Origin: Gemmatimonadota bacterium
Lineage (GTDB): Bacteria > Gemmatimonadota > Gemmatimonadetes > JACCXV01 > JAHWKZ01
Assembly (NCBI GenBank): GCA_041577935.1
Contig: JBFGIA010000002.1
Coordinates: forward strand, 1-42,157
DNA length: 42,157 bases
Direction: 5' to 3'
The notes under the pieces were generated by a model. It had not been told where the DNA came from and searched no databases. It saw only the letters and a program-made list of their open reading frames with translations. The position numbers and the translations under genes were made by a program. Positions 7,405-17,182 of the stretch are shown here, in pieces. Position 1 is the stretch's first letter; the number at the start of each line of letters is the position of its first letter.

Positions 7405-8334
7405 GTGCTGATTCAAAAACGAGCTGATGTCCGATCATCCGAGATCACCGCCGAGCGCGTGTATCTCGATCGACGCGGGTTCATCCGCGCCGCCGCGGGG
7501 ATCGGTGCAGCCGCCGTCGCAGGGGCTTCGCTGCCGGGGCTTGTCGCCGGGATGGCACCCCGTCCGCGCCTCAGCGACGAAGAGGAGCTCACGCCGTACG
7601 AGGCGGTAACCGGCTACAACAACTTCTACGAGTTTGGCACCGGCAAGGAGGACCCAGCCCGGAACGCCGGCCAGCTCGTCACCAAGCCGTGGACGATCTC
7701 GGTAGAGGGGCTGGTCGAGAAGCCTGCCACCTACGATGTCGAGGAGCTCATCTTCCCGTACACTCACGAAGAGCGGATCTACCGGTTGCGGTGTGTCGAG
7801 GGGTGGTCGATGGTGATCCCCTGGTTGGGCTTCTCGCTGTCCAATTGGATCGACCGGTTTCGTCCCACCAGCCAGGCTCGGTACATCGAGTTCACGACGT
7901 TGTTCGATCCGGACCAGATGCCCGGGCAGCGACGCTCGGTTCTCGACTGGCCGTACGTCGAGGGGCTGCGACTGGACGAAGCGATGCACCCTTTGACAAC
8001 CGTCGTCGTTGGCGTCTACGGTCGACCGCTTCCAAACCAGAATGGTGCCCCGGTACGCTTGATCATGCCGTGGAAATATGGTTTCAAGAGCATCAAGTCG
8101 ATTGTCAAGATTCGTTTCACTGATCGTCAGCCAGCGACCTCGTGGAACGTGGCAGCGCCCAACGAATACGGGTTCTTCGCCAACGTCAACCCGGATGTCG
8201 ATCATCCGCGCTGGAGCCAAGCGAAGGAGCGGCGGATCGGCGAGTTTCGCCGCCGCAAGACGCTGATGTTCAACGGCTACGGCGATCAAGTCGCGCATCT
8301 TTACCAGGGCATGGACCTGCGCCGGTACTTCTAG
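7405..8334 (+). CDS. msrP: Protein-methionine-sulfoxide reductase catalytic (molybdopterin) subunit MsrP (YedY)
   Basis: GTG 7405 is preceded by AGGAGG (7395-7400). Tat signal ([19 protein letters not shown]), then [34 protein letters not shown] and [18 protein letters not shown]. The longer track ORF starting at 7132 overlaps the ZIP gene and is not supported. Confidence 0.9.
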   Translation: MLIQKRADVRSSEITAERVYLDRRGFIRAAAGIGAAAVAGASLPGLVAGMAPRPRLSDEEELTPYEAVTGYNNFYEFGTGKEDPARNAGQLVTKPWTISVEGLVEKPATYDVEELIFPYTHEERIYRLRCVEGWSMVIPWLGFSLSNWIDRFRPTSQARYIEFTTLFDPDQMPGQRRSVLDWPYVEGLRLDEAMHPLTTVVVGVYGRPLPNQNGAPVRLIMPWKYGFKSIKSIVKIRFTDRQPATSWNVAAPNEYGFFANVNPDVDHPRWSQAKERRIGEFRRRKTLMFNGYGDQVAHLYQGMDLRRYF

Positions 8335-8337
8335 ATC

Positions 8338-8937
8338 GTGTCGTCCGGGGTCGTGAGTCGGCGTCTCGGTCAATTCATCGTCGTCGGGCTCGGTCTCGCG
8401 CCAGCGACCTGGCTCGCTATTCGAGCGTTGAATGGCGACCTCGGCGTCGATCCGGTGGAAACGCTGAGCCAGGTGTCGGGCGATTGGACGCTCCGGTTCC
8501 TGTTAGTCACGCTGGCGATCACCCCGGCCAGCCGGTTCTTGGGTCTCAACCAGCTGATCCGGTACCGCCGCACAGTCGGTCTCACCACGTTCGGTTACGC
8601 CGTGTTCCATTTCGCCTGCTTCGTGTGGCTCGACCAATGGTTCGTATGGGCCGACATTGTAGCTGAGATCGCGGATCGACTGTGGATCACGATCGGGTTC
8701 GCGACGCTGCTGCTCCTTATACCATTGGCGGTTACCTCAACCAACGGTATGGTGCGGCGGCTCGGTGCCCGCCGTTGGCGGCGCCTGCATCGACTGGTGT
8801 ACTTGGCCGGAGCTGGTGGTGTCATGCATTACTGGTGGGCGGTAAAAGCCGATACCCGCGTGCCGCTCGTGTACGGCTTGATCCTGGCCGTCTTATTGGT
8901 GTTGCGGCTCGTCCCGAGAAGAAGGCGCCATGTCTGA
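8338..8937 (+). CDS. msrQ: MsrQ (YedZ) heme-b membrane subunit, ferric-reductase-like domain
   Basis: 199 aa starting at GTG 8338, 3 nt after the msrP stop. Six TM helices with conserved His residues (FGYAVFHFACF, GGVMHYWW). Canonical msrPQ gene order. Confidence 0.85.
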   Translation: MSSGVVSRRLGQFIVVGLGLAPATWLAIRALNGDLGVDPVETLSQVSGDWTLRFLLVTLAITPASRFLGLNQLIRYRRTVGLTTFGYAVFHFACFVWLDQWFVWADIVAEIADRLWITIGFATLLLLIPLAVTSTNGMVRRLGARRWRRLHRLVYLAGAGGVMHYWWAVKADTRVPLVYGLILAVLLVLRLVPRRRRHV

Positions 8938-9649
8938 ACCCAAGCTCAGCGGAGTGGCGCTCTTGCTGGCGGATATCAGTGGGTATACGCGCTTCATGCG
9001 GCAACCGCGCATGAGCCTGCTTCACGCCCAGGCGCTCATCGACCGATTGACGACTGCATTGGTGAAGATCGTCGAACGCCCGTTGGCACTGAGCAAGATC
9101 GAGGGCGACGCGACGATCTTCTATGCGATGCCGGATGGCGAGGCCACCCGACGGGCGATCGTGGACTCAGTTCCGGCGCTCTTGGCGGCGTTCGCGTCGG
9201 AACAAGAAGAGATTCAATCCGCCAAGCTCTGTCGGTGCACCGCTTGCGATGCGGTTGACGAGCTGCGGATCAAGTTCGTTGCTCACGCCGGCGAAGCGGT
9301 TGTCTCAGAGAGAAGTGGGTTAACGGACTTTTCCGGTCCATCGGTCATCCTGGCATTCCGGTTGCTCAAGAACTCGATTCCCGCGAGCGAGTACTTTCTC
9401 ATGACCGAGCCCTTCTTTGAAGTGCTGACCGAGGAAGAGCGATCGCACATGGACCGACACGTTGAGCACGTGGAAGGATTCGAGCCTGTCGAGCTCACGT
9501 ACGCGCCACTCAACCGCGAACCGGTGTTTGCAGCGACCCCAACTCCGGCAGCCAAACAGAAGCTCGGCCATCTGGCTCGTGTCCACGCACGTGGGCTGGC
9601 GCATTGGATTCGCCGGGACACCAAGCAGTACACAAACCTCCCGAGCTGA
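8930..9649 (+). CDS. DUF2652 family protein (class III nucleotidyl-cyclase-like fold)
   Basis: 239 aa, overlapping msrQ by 8 nt. The N-terminus (ALLLADISGYTRFM ... KIEGDATIFYAM ... KFVAHAGE ... GPSVILAFRLLKN) matches my memory of DUF2652. Confidence 0.6.
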   Translation: MSEPKLSGVALLLADISGYTRFMRQPRMSLLHAQALIDRLTTALVKIVERPLALSKIEGDATIFYAMPDGEATRRAIVDSVPALLAAFASEQEEIQSAKLCRCTACDAVDELRIKFVAHAGEAVVSERSGLTDFSGPSVILAFRLLKNSIPASEYFLMTEPFFEVLTEEERSHMDRHVEHVEGFEPVELTYAPLNREPVFAATPTPAAKQKLGHLARVHARGLAHWIRRDTKQYTNLPS

Positions 9650-9659
9650 TCCGCGCAGG

Positions 9660-10487
9660 GTGGCCAGCCTCCGCGATAAGACGCTCTTCATAACCGGTGC
9701 CAGCCGGGGCATCGGCAGGGCGATCGCTCTGCGCGCTGCAGCCGATGGTGCCAACGTCGTGATCGCCGCCAAGACCACTGATCCGCATCCCGAGCTGCCG
9801 GGCACGATCCACACCGTGGCCGCAGAGGTCGAGGCGGCTGGTGGACGCGCGCTGCCGGTGGCGGTCGATCTTCGCTTCGAGGACCAGATCGAGACCGGCG
9901 TTCGGCGCGCGATTGACGCGTTTGGCGGTATCGACGCGGTCATTAACAATGCGGGCGCGATCAGCCTCACCCCGACGCTCGAGACCGGGGCCAAGCGGTT
10001 CGATCTGCTCATGTCCGTCAACGTTCGGGCAACGTATTTGTGTACAAGAGCTTGCGTTCCTCACCTCAAGCGCTCCGAGAACCCTCATGTGCTCGTTCTC
10101 GCGCCACCACCTAGCCTCGACTCCAAATGGCTGGCACCGCATCTTGCGTACAGTCTCTCGAAGTACGGAATGAGCCTCTGCGTGATCGGTATGGCGGCCG
10201 AGTTCGAGAATGAGTCCATCGGGGTAAACGCGCTGTGGCCAAAGACGGTGATCGCCACCGCCGCCCTCTCGAGGCTCAAGGGGTTGGTATCGCTCGAGCA
10301 ATGTCGCCGGCCCGAGATCGTCGCCGATGCGGCCCACGCGATCGTCACGCGTGACAGCCGTGAGTGCACGGGAAACTTCTTCATCGATGAAGAGGTGCTG
10401 GTGGCCGAGGGGGTGACCGACTTCGAGCGGTATGCGGTTGAGCCGGGGAGGCAGCTCAGAACCGACCTGTTTCTAGAACCCGACTAG
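9660..10487 (+). CDS. Short-chain dehydrogenase/reductase (SDR), HSDL2-like
   Basis: GTG 9660 is in frame with the track ORF and gives MASLRDKTLFITGASRGIGRAIALRAAADGANVVI (TGxxxGxG). NNAG and the YSLSK catalytic Tyr/Lys are present. The upstream part of track ORF 9462.. overlaps the DUF2652 gene. Confidence 0.85.
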   Translation: MASLRDKTLFITGASRGIGRAIALRAAADGANVVIAAKTTDPHPELPGTIHTVAAEVEAAGGRALPVAVDLRFEDQIETGVRRAIDAFGGIDAVINNAGAISLTPTLETGAKRFDLLMSVNVRATYLCTRACVPHLKRSENPHVLVLAPPPSLDSKWLAPHLAYSLSKYGMSLCVIGMAAEFENESIGVNALWPKTVIATAALSRLKGLVSLEQCRRPEIVADAAHAIVTRDSRECTGNFFIDEEVLVAEGVTDFERYAVEPGRQLRTDLFLEPD

Positions 10488-10506
10488 TCTTGTAGGCTGG
10501 AAGTGG

Positions 10507-10581
<75 letters not shown>

Positions 10582-10637
10582 TTGCAGCGTCCAATGCGAA
10601 GGCCCTCCCAACGTAGGAAGGGCCGTTCGCACACAGT

Positions 10638-10713
<76 letters not shown>

Positions 10714-10751
10714 GCAACGACGAGCGATAGAACTCGTTCGTTGAGTGTTGA

Positions 10752-10781
10752 AATCTAGATCTGGGCGGCGAGAGGTGTCAA
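10752..10781 (-). promoter_or_regulatory. Candidate promoter of the tRNA-Gly/tRNA-Cys operon
   Basis: On the minus strand: TTGACA (10781-10776), 18-nt spacer, TAGATT (10757-10752). An AT-rich UP-like stretch (TTTTGGATATATG) lies upstream, and the promoter sits about 35 nt upstream of the tRNA-Gly 5' end. Confidence 0.4.
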
Positions 10782-10810
10782 GCAGCATATATCCAAAACC
10801 GCGCATTGAG

Positions 10811-11620
10811 ATGTTGATGTTGGCAAGCGTCATATCGCTTGTCGTGGCTCAATCGGCGAGCGGTCAGTCGCTCGTGTACAATCCCGATCGGGGTGAATCG
10901 TTCCGCTATCGGAGCACCAATACGCTGACGGTGTCGCAGCGGATTCTCGAGCGCGACACCAATTATCGGGTGAGCTCCGATGGCGTCGTACGATTGACTT
11001 TGATGGACCCGGGGGCGCGCATGTTGTGGCGGCTCGGTTTCGAGACCCTCGATCTGAACATCGAGGGTGCGTTCCCGACCCCGCGCCGGGAGGCGCTTCG
11101 TGGTGCAGTGATCACGCTGTTGACCACGCCGAGCGGCGTGGTTCTCGAGGCTCGGGCCAGCGGTGTCGTTCCACCCGGCATCGGTACTCGATACCTCGAA
11201 CGGTCGGCGCAGGCGTTCTTCCCGCAGCTTCCCGAAGAGGGGGCAGCCGTCGGCGTGAGCTGGAGCGATACTCTGACCGTGACCGAGGTCCTTCGCGGTG
11301 TCACGACCGAGATCGAGATGGTGCTGACATATGCGGTGGCCGATACCAGCGCGTTGGCCGGCCGACCGGTTATCCCGATCGATTACAGTGGTGATATTAT
11401 CGTTCGAGGCGTGGGCACGATCAGCGGTTCGAGCGTCGCCTTGACCGGTCGTGGCGAGATCACCGGGAACTACTTGTTCGATCCGCAAGATCAGGTGTTC
11501 AACCTGCACGAGCGTAGGCAAGACCTGAAGTCGACCCTGATCTTGACAGGTCCGGACAACGAGACTGTTGAGATTCCGAGCCGGCAGTTGCTCGAGGCCC
11601 GTGCCGTGCGGCTGTTCTGA
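10811..11620 (+). CDS. Hypothetical exported protein
   Basis: ATG 10811 gives a signal peptide (MLMLASVISLVVAQSASG-QS). The rest is beta-rich with no domain I recognise, ending in ..AVRLF. The track start at 10745 would overlap the tRNA promoter region. Confidence 0.55.
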   Translation: MLMLASVISLVVAQSASGQSLVYNPDRGESFRYRSTNTLTVSQRILERDTNYRVSSDGVVRLTLMDPGARMLWRLGFETLDLNIEGAFPTPRREALRGAVITLLTTPSGVVLEARASGVVPPGIGTRYLERSAQAFFPQLPEEGAAVGVSWSDTLTVTEVLRGVTTEIEMVLTYAVADTSALAGRPVIPIDYSGDIIVRGVGTISGSSVALTGRGEITGNYLFDPQDQVFNLHERRQDLKSTLILTGPDNETVEIPSRQLLEARAVRLF

Positions 11621-11666
11621 TCGCGCGTCGCCAGGTATACTGCTGCGCGCCTAACGGCAAAGCGAA

Positions 11667-13472
11667 ATGAAAGAGTACCTCGCGACCTCCCTGCGAAACC
11701 GGGTGACCGGTGCACTGAACGATGACGACGTCGATGAGTCGGTGGCTCTCTGTGGCTGGATTCATCGCCGGCGTGACCATGGTGGGCTGGTCTTCTTCGA
11801 TTTGAGAGACCGCTATGGCCTGGTGCAATGCGTAGCCTCGCCCGAACGGCTGTCGGCTGACGTGTTCGCGGTGGTCGAGAAGTTGAGGGCGGAAGACGTG
11901 GTCGCTGTCGAGGGGAAGGTCCTCGCTCGCCCTCCGGAGAGCGTTAATCCCGAGATGGAAACCGGGACGATCGAGGTCGACGTCGTCGCCTGTCGGTTGC
12001 TCAACGAGTCAGCGACACCGCCGTTTCCGGTAGACGTGGAGAAGGAGGGCAGCGGGGAAGTAGCTGAAGAGGTGCGACTACGCCACCGCTATGTTGAGCT
12101 GCGGAGATTGATCCCGACCAGAGCACTGGGTCTACGCCACAAGATCACCATCGAGACGCGCCGCTACTTGGATGGACTTGACTTTTGGGAGATCGAGACC
12201 CCGATACTGACGCGTCGCACTCCAGAGGGCGCACGGGACTTTCTGGTCCCATCGCGAGTGCAACCAGGGAAGTTCTACGCCCTGCCACAGTCACCTCAGC
12301 TCTACAAGCAGCTCCTCATGGTCGCCGGTTACGATCGCTACTATCAGCTGGCACGGTGTTTCCGAGACGAGGACTTGCGCGCCGACCGCCAACCCGAGTT
12401 TTCCCAGATCGATCTCGAGATGTCGTTTGTCAGTGCCGAGGATGTGATCGCCGTCGTCAGCGGACTTTTCCGTCATCTGTTCGAGTCGTGTCTGGGCCAC
12501 GAGCTGGGCGAGATACCGACGTTGACATACGACGAAGTGATGGCGCGCTTTGGTACCGACAAGCCCGATCTCAGGATCACACAGGAGCTGACCGACGTAA
12601 CGGAAGCTTTCAGTGAGACGGGCTTTCGGGTGTTCGACGATGTCGTTGGTGCGGGTGGACGGTTGGTGGCGCTGAGGGTTCCCGCCGCCGGGGAAGAGAG
12701 TCGTGGCACGATCGACCGCTGGACCGAGGTTGCACGTGGGGCGGGTGCAAAGGGTCTCGTGTGGGCCCGTCGTCAGACCGATGGTTGGCGAACCGCAGTC
12801 GACAAGTTCGTCGACACTGCGCGTTGGGATCGTGCCGGGGAGCTCGCGAACGTCGAACCCGGTGATCTACTCCTCGTCGTGGCGGACCAACAGCGCGTGG
12901 CCCAACAGGTGCTCGGGGAACTGCGACTTCGCATCGCGACCGAACGTGATTGGCTCGACGATCGATCACCATGGCGACCGTTGTGGGTGGTCGATTTTCC
13001 GCTGTTCGAGCGCGGCGATGATGGACGGCTCGAGCCCAGTCATCATCCGTTCACCGCTCCGCGTGGTGGGTTGGCGGCGTTGGATGCTTCCGACCTCCTC
13101 ACGATCGAGTCCGAGGCCTACGACTTGGTTCTCAACGGTTACGAACTTGGCAGCGGCTCGATTCGTATTCACCGGCGCGAGGTGCAGGAGCGCGCCTTTG
13201 CGATGTTGGGCATCGACCGGGCGGAAGCCGAGGAGAAGTTCGGGTTCCTGCTCGAAGCATTGGAGCATGGTGCGCCTCCCCACGGCGGGATCGCGCTCGG
13301 ACTCGACCGGATCGCGATGCTGTTCGCGGGCGCCACGAGCCTGCGCGAGGTCATCGCGTTCCCGAAGACGACCAGCGCCAGCGCATTGCTCGAGGGGGCG
13401 CCGTCCGCCCCGGACGAGGGCGACCTCGCCGATCTGCACATCCGCCTCGATCAGGCCGACCCCTCGGCTTGA
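11667..13472 (+). CDS. aspS: Aspartate--tRNA ligase
   Basis: 601 aa with LCGWIHRRRDHGGLVFFDLRDRYG, FYALPQSPQLYKQLLM, RCFRDEDLRADRQPEFSQID and GGIALGLDRIAML (class II motifs 1-3). Confidence 0.95.
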   Translation: MKEYLATSLRNRVTGALNDDDVDESVALCGWIHRRRDHGGLVFFDLRDRYGLVQCVASPERLSADVFAVVEKLRAEDVVAVEGKVLARPPESVNPEMETGTIEVDVVACRLLNESATPPFPVDVEKEGSGEVAEEVRLRHRYVELRRLIPTRALGLRHKITIETRRYLDGLDFWEIETPILTRRTPEGARDFLVPSRVQPGKFYALPQSPQLYKQLLMVAGYDRYYQLARCFRDEDLRADRQPEFSQIDLEMSFVSAEDVIAVVSGLFRHLFESCLGHELGEIPTLTYDEVMARFGTDKPDLRITQELTDVTEAFSETGFRVFDDVVGAGGRLVALRVPAAGEESRGTIDRWTEVARGAGAKGLVWARRQTDGWRTAVDKFVDTARWDRAGELANVEPGDLLLVVADQQRVAQQVLGELRLRIATERDWLDDRSPWRPLWVVDFPLFERGDDGRLEPSHHPFTAPRGGLAALDASDLLTIESEAYDLVLNGYELGSGSIRIHRREVQERAFAMLGIDRAEAEEKFGFLLEALEHGAPPHGGIALGLDRIAMLFAGATSLREVIAFPKTTSASALLEGAPSAPDEGDLADLHIRLDQADPSA

Positions 13473-13510
13473 CGAGACGGGAGAGCGCTGGCTAAACTAT
13501 CTATCTAGTT

Positions 13511-14497
13511 GTGGTTATTGAAGCCTCTTCCCGTAGCCAGGCTATTCGGCTCGACGGCGTCGATCAGCTGGCGCTCTTCGGAACACAAGACAAAAACCTA
13601 AAGCTGATCGAGAACCTGAGCGGAACGCGCATGGTCGTTCGCGAGGGCGAATTGCGTGTCCGTGGTGGCGACCGCGGCGTGGCGCGCGCGATCGGCTTGA
13701 TCGAGCACTTGATCGAGTTGGTCCAGACAGGCGCCGGTTTCGACGTGCAAGACATCCGCCGGCTCTACGATCGATTCGAGGCCGGCGCAGTCGAGCTCCC
13801 GCCTTCTTCGGGCGCCGAGCGGGTTGCGATTCGTGGCACACAGAAGATCATTCGCCCCAAGACTGCCGGACAGGAAGCCTACCTGGCGGCGATCAATGAG
13901 AATGACATCGTCGTCTCGATCGGACCGGCGGGTACCGGCAAGACGTACTTGGCGGTGGCGATGGCGATCGACGCGCTTCAGCGGCGTGCGGTTCGTCGCA
14001 TCATCCTCGCGAGGCCAGCGGTGGAGGCCGGCGAGACGCTCGGTTTCTTGCCGGGTGACTTGCAGGAAAAGGTCGATCCGTATCTGCGACCGCTTTACGA
14101 TGCGCTCGAAGACATGCTTCCGGGAGATCGGGTGCGTCGTTACATCGAAACCCGTGTGATCGAGATCGCGCCGCTGGCGTACATGCGCGGCCGGACTTTG
14201 GCAGATGCGTTCGTAATCCTGGACGAAGCCCAAAACGCGACCACTCGTCAGATGAAGATGTTCCTTACGCGGCTCGGGCTCAACTCCAGGGCGGTCATCA
14301 CTGGTGATAAGACGCAGATCGATCTGCCGCCGGCGGAGTTCTCGGGTCTGCTTCAGATCGAGCGTATCCTGACCGGTATCGACGGCATCGAGTTCGTCTA
14401 TTTGACGGCTCAAGACGTCGTCCGACACGCACTCGTCCAAAAGATCCTCACCGCGTACGAGAAGTTGGTGCCACCCGACCCGAAGCGGGACAAGTGA
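13511..14497 (+). CDS. phoH: PhoH/YbeZ-family ATPase
   Basis: 328 aa with Walker A (GPAGTGKTYLAVA), FVILDEAQN, and ITGDKTQIDLP. Confidence 0.9.
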   Translation: MVIEASSRSQAIRLDGVDQLALFGTQDKNLKLIENLSGTRMVVREGELRVRGGDRGVARAIGLIEHLIELVQTGAGFDVQDIRRLYDRFEAGAVELPPSSGAERVAIRGTQKIIRPKTAGQEAYLAAINENDIVVSIGPAGTGKTYLAVAMAIDALQRRAVRRIILARPAVEAGETLGFLPGDLQEKVDPYLRPLYDALEDMLPGDRVRRYIETRVIEIAPLAYMRGRTLADAFVILDEAQNATTRQMKMFLTRLGLNSRAVITGDKTQIDLPPAEFSGLLQIERILTGIDGIEFVYLTAQDVVRHALVQKILTAYEKLVPPDPKRDK

Positions 14498-16767
14498 ACG
14501 CCAATCGCTGGAACCGTTTCGTTCACCGACTGACTCTGCTCCGCGATGGGTGGAAGGCTGGTCGTGACGCCGAGTCTCCGCGTGGGCTCGCGTTCCGCCT
14601 GGGCCTCGTGTTGGTCATCGCGTTGCTGACGCTGATCCTGTTTCCACCCGAGAGCGGCTACGAGGTGCCCGTCGTGCGGGTTGGAGTGGTGGCTTCCGAC
14701 GATGTGTTGGCGCCGTTCGATTACCCAGTGCTCCGAGGTGAAAGCGAACTGGAGGAGCTGCAGGAGCGGGCGGCGATCTCGGTCCCGCCGGTTTTCTCAC
14801 ATGAGCCGGCGCTGGCGGATTCAGCCGTGGCTGAACTCGATGCGTATCTGAGCCGGTTCGAAGTCGACTCGCCGAGCCCTGCCGTGCTGGCGCAGCTCAA
14901 CCGGATCAACGGTCGTAGTGTGGGGTTGCGACCCGCCGAGCAGAGAGCTTTGACCGATGCCCGTGTCCGCGCGGAGATCCGCTCGGTGGCACGTCAGATA
15001 CTACCGGCGGTCTACGTCGAGCACCTCATGTTGGAGGCCGACGATCTGAGCCGGATCCCCGGCACCCAGATCTCGGTGCTGCGATCCGATGGCAGCGAGA
15101 CGGTGGTACCGCGATCGGAAATTGTCGCGTTACGAGCCGGTGCCGAGATCCCAGCGTTGAGGCGATTGTCACCGATCGATGACGCCGCGATTCAGCGGAT
15201 CGCGGATCAGTTGTTGCCAGCGGTTATGCCGCCGAATCTCGAACCACATCCATCGTTGACCGCACTGCGCCGCACGGAAGCGCGAAGAACGGTGAGCCCC
15301 GTGAAGAGCGAGGTGCTCGAAGGCGAGCTGATCGTCGCCGAGCACACCCGCGTCACGCCGGAGCAGGCCGAGCAGCTGCGCAGCCTCTCAGATGAGCTCA
15401 ATCGACGCCGCGGCGGTTTTACCGTCGACGACTTCCGCGCGGCACTCGGATCGCTGTTCCTTTCCATCGTGTTGCTGTTCTTGTTTGGCTTCTTCTTGTT
15501 CATGTACCGAGGTGATGTTTTCGGAGATTATCGCGCTGTCGGCGTGCTGACGATGATTTGGGCGCTGGTGGCGGGATTGACAACCGTGTTCGATCGGGTC
15601 GAGTCGATCCCCGTGTATGCAGCGCCGATCGCATTCGGTTCGGTGACCGTGGCGATACTGTGGAACGCCCGTCTCAGCGTCCCGTTCACGCTCTTCATGG
15701 CGGTGTATCTGAGCGCGCAAGTCGACCCTGGTTTTCCCCTTTTGTGGACCGGGATCGTGGTTGGACTGTCCGGTGCGTGGAGTGTGCGTCGCATTCGTCG
15801 CAGGACGCATTTTTATGAGAGCTTGCTGTTCATCATCGTGGGGTACGCGATCGCCGTCGCCGCCCTCGGGTTGACTCAATTCTGGGGTTGGGGCGAGTTC
15901 ATTATCGCACTGGGTTGGGGTGCGCTGAGCGCCGGTTTGGCGGTCTTCCTCGCGATGGGCTTGCTCCCAGTGCTAGAGTGGGCTTCCGGTCGGACCACGG
16001 ATCTCACGCTGCTCGAGCTCGCCGACCTCAATCGACCGCTGCTCAAGGAACTGTTGCTCCAGGCGCCGGGGTCGTACCATCATTCGATCATCGTCGGCAA
16101 CCTCGCCGAGGCAGCGACCGAGGGGATTGGAGCCAACTCGCTTCTAGCCCGCGTTGGTGCCTACTATCACGATATCGGTAAAATGATGCGGCCCGAGTAC
16201 TTTGCCGAGAATCAACGCGGTGGAGTCAACCCTCATACCTCGCTGACACCCGAGGCGAGCGCTCGCATCGTCTCGCGTCACGTCCACGACGGCATCGAGA
16301 TGGCGACCTCCGCGGGTCTTCCGGAGGACGTCATCGACTTCATTCGGGAGCACCATGGGACGACCCGACTGACGTATTTCTGGCACAAGGCGGAGCAGGA
16401 AAGACGGGTAGACCATCCGGCGGCGAGCGATTTCGTTTACTCCGGGCCGCGACCACGGTCCAAGGAAACCGCGGTCGTCATGCTCGCAGACTCGGTTGAA
16501 GCCGCCTGCCGCGTGGTGAGCGACCCGTCCCCGGAGAGCTTTCGGAAAGCGGTCCGTCGCATCGTGGATATGAAGCTCGACGAGCATCAGCTCGACGAGG
16601 CTGATCTGACGTTTCGCGATCTCGCCATTGTGCAGGACAAGTTTGTCTCCGTGCTGGGCGGGATTCACCACAACCGGATCGATTACCCGACGGTGTCACT
16701 GCACGTTCCCGAGGTTCGAGATGAGCCTTCGGATCCACTTTCATCCGCTGGTCGAACCCCCGTCTAA
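14494..16767 (+). CDS. 7TM-HD membrane phosphohydrolase (PgpH/YqfF family)
   Basis: 757 aa with a GTGA overlap onto phoH. Large extracytoplasmic N-domain, 7 TM helices, then an HD domain (SYHHSIIVGNLAEAA, AYYHDIGK). Confidence 0.85.
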   Translation: MNANRWNRFVHRLTLLRDGWKAGRDAESPRGLAFRLGLVLVIALLTLILFPPESGYEVPVVRVGVVASDDVLAPFDYPVLRGESELEELQERAAISVPPVFSHEPALADSAVAELDAYLSRFEVDSPSPAVLAQLNRINGRSVGLRPAEQRALTDARVRAEIRSVARQILPAVYVEHLMLEADDLSRIPGTQISVLRSDGSETVVPRSEIVALRAGAEIPALRRLSPIDDAAIQRIADQLLPAVMPPNLEPHPSLTALRRTEARRTVSPVKSEVLEGELIVAEHTRVTPEQAEQLRSLSDELNRRRGGFTVDDFRAALGSLFLSIVLLFLFGFFLFMYRGDVFGDYRAVGVLTMIWALVAGLTTVFDRVESIPVYAAPIAFGSVTVAILWNARLSVPFTLFMAVYLSAQVDPGFPLLWTGIVVGLSGAWSVRRIRRRTHFYESLLFIIVGYAIAVAALGLTQFWGWGEFIIALGWGALSAGLAVFLAMGLLPVLEWASGRTTDLTLLELADLNRPLLKELLLQAPGSYHHSIIVGNLAEAATEGIGANSLLARVGAYYHDIGKMMRPEYFAENQRGGVNPHTSLTPEASARIVSRHVHDGIEMATSAGLPEDVIDFIREHHGTTRLTYFWHKAEQERRVDHPAASDFVYSGPRPRSKETAVVMLADSVEAACRVVSDPSPESFRKAVRRIVDMKLDEHQLDEADLTFRDLAIVQDKFVSVLGGIHHNRIDYPTVSLHVPEVRDEPSDPLSSAGRTPV

Positions 16768-17158
16768 GCTCGACCCCTTTCCCGTCCAGACGCTAGCCTC
16801 GTTACTGGCTGAGGAGGGATTGGAGGTCGGTACGGTAAATTGTATCCTCACCGACGACGAAGACCTGGCTCGATTGAACGAGCAGTTTCGAGCCAAGGAA
16901 GGTCCGACCGACGTGCTCGCTTTTCCTTACGACGTCGATCGATCCGGTGGGGTGATCGGTGACATCTATGTGTCTATCGAGCGCGCGCGCGAGCAGGCTA
17001 CCCGAGCCTCGGAGTCTATCGAGCGTGAGCTTTGCAGGTTGTTCGTTCACGGCGCCCTGCACTTGGCGGGTTACGATCATGATACAGATTCAGCTGATCG
17101 GGTTATGCGGGAAAAGCAGGAACAGTGGGTTCACCGCGCTGTTATCGAAGCGGCCTGA
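16721..17158 (+). CDS. ybeY: rRNA maturation endoribonuclease YbeY
   Basis: ATG 16721 in frame with the track ORF. Metal-binding motif HGALHLAGYDHDTD. Canonical position after phoH/pgpH. The 5' end overlaps the upstream gene by 47 nt. Confidence 0.9.
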   Translation: MSLRIHFHPLVEPPSKLDPFPVQTLASLLAEEGLEVGTVNCILTDDEDLARLNEQFRAKEGPTDVLAFPYDVDRSGGVIGDIYVSIERAREQATRASESIERELCRLFVHGALHLAGYDHDTDSADRVMREKQEQWVHRAVIEAA

Positions 17159-17182
17159 GCGCTTGAACGAAAGGCGAGACGA

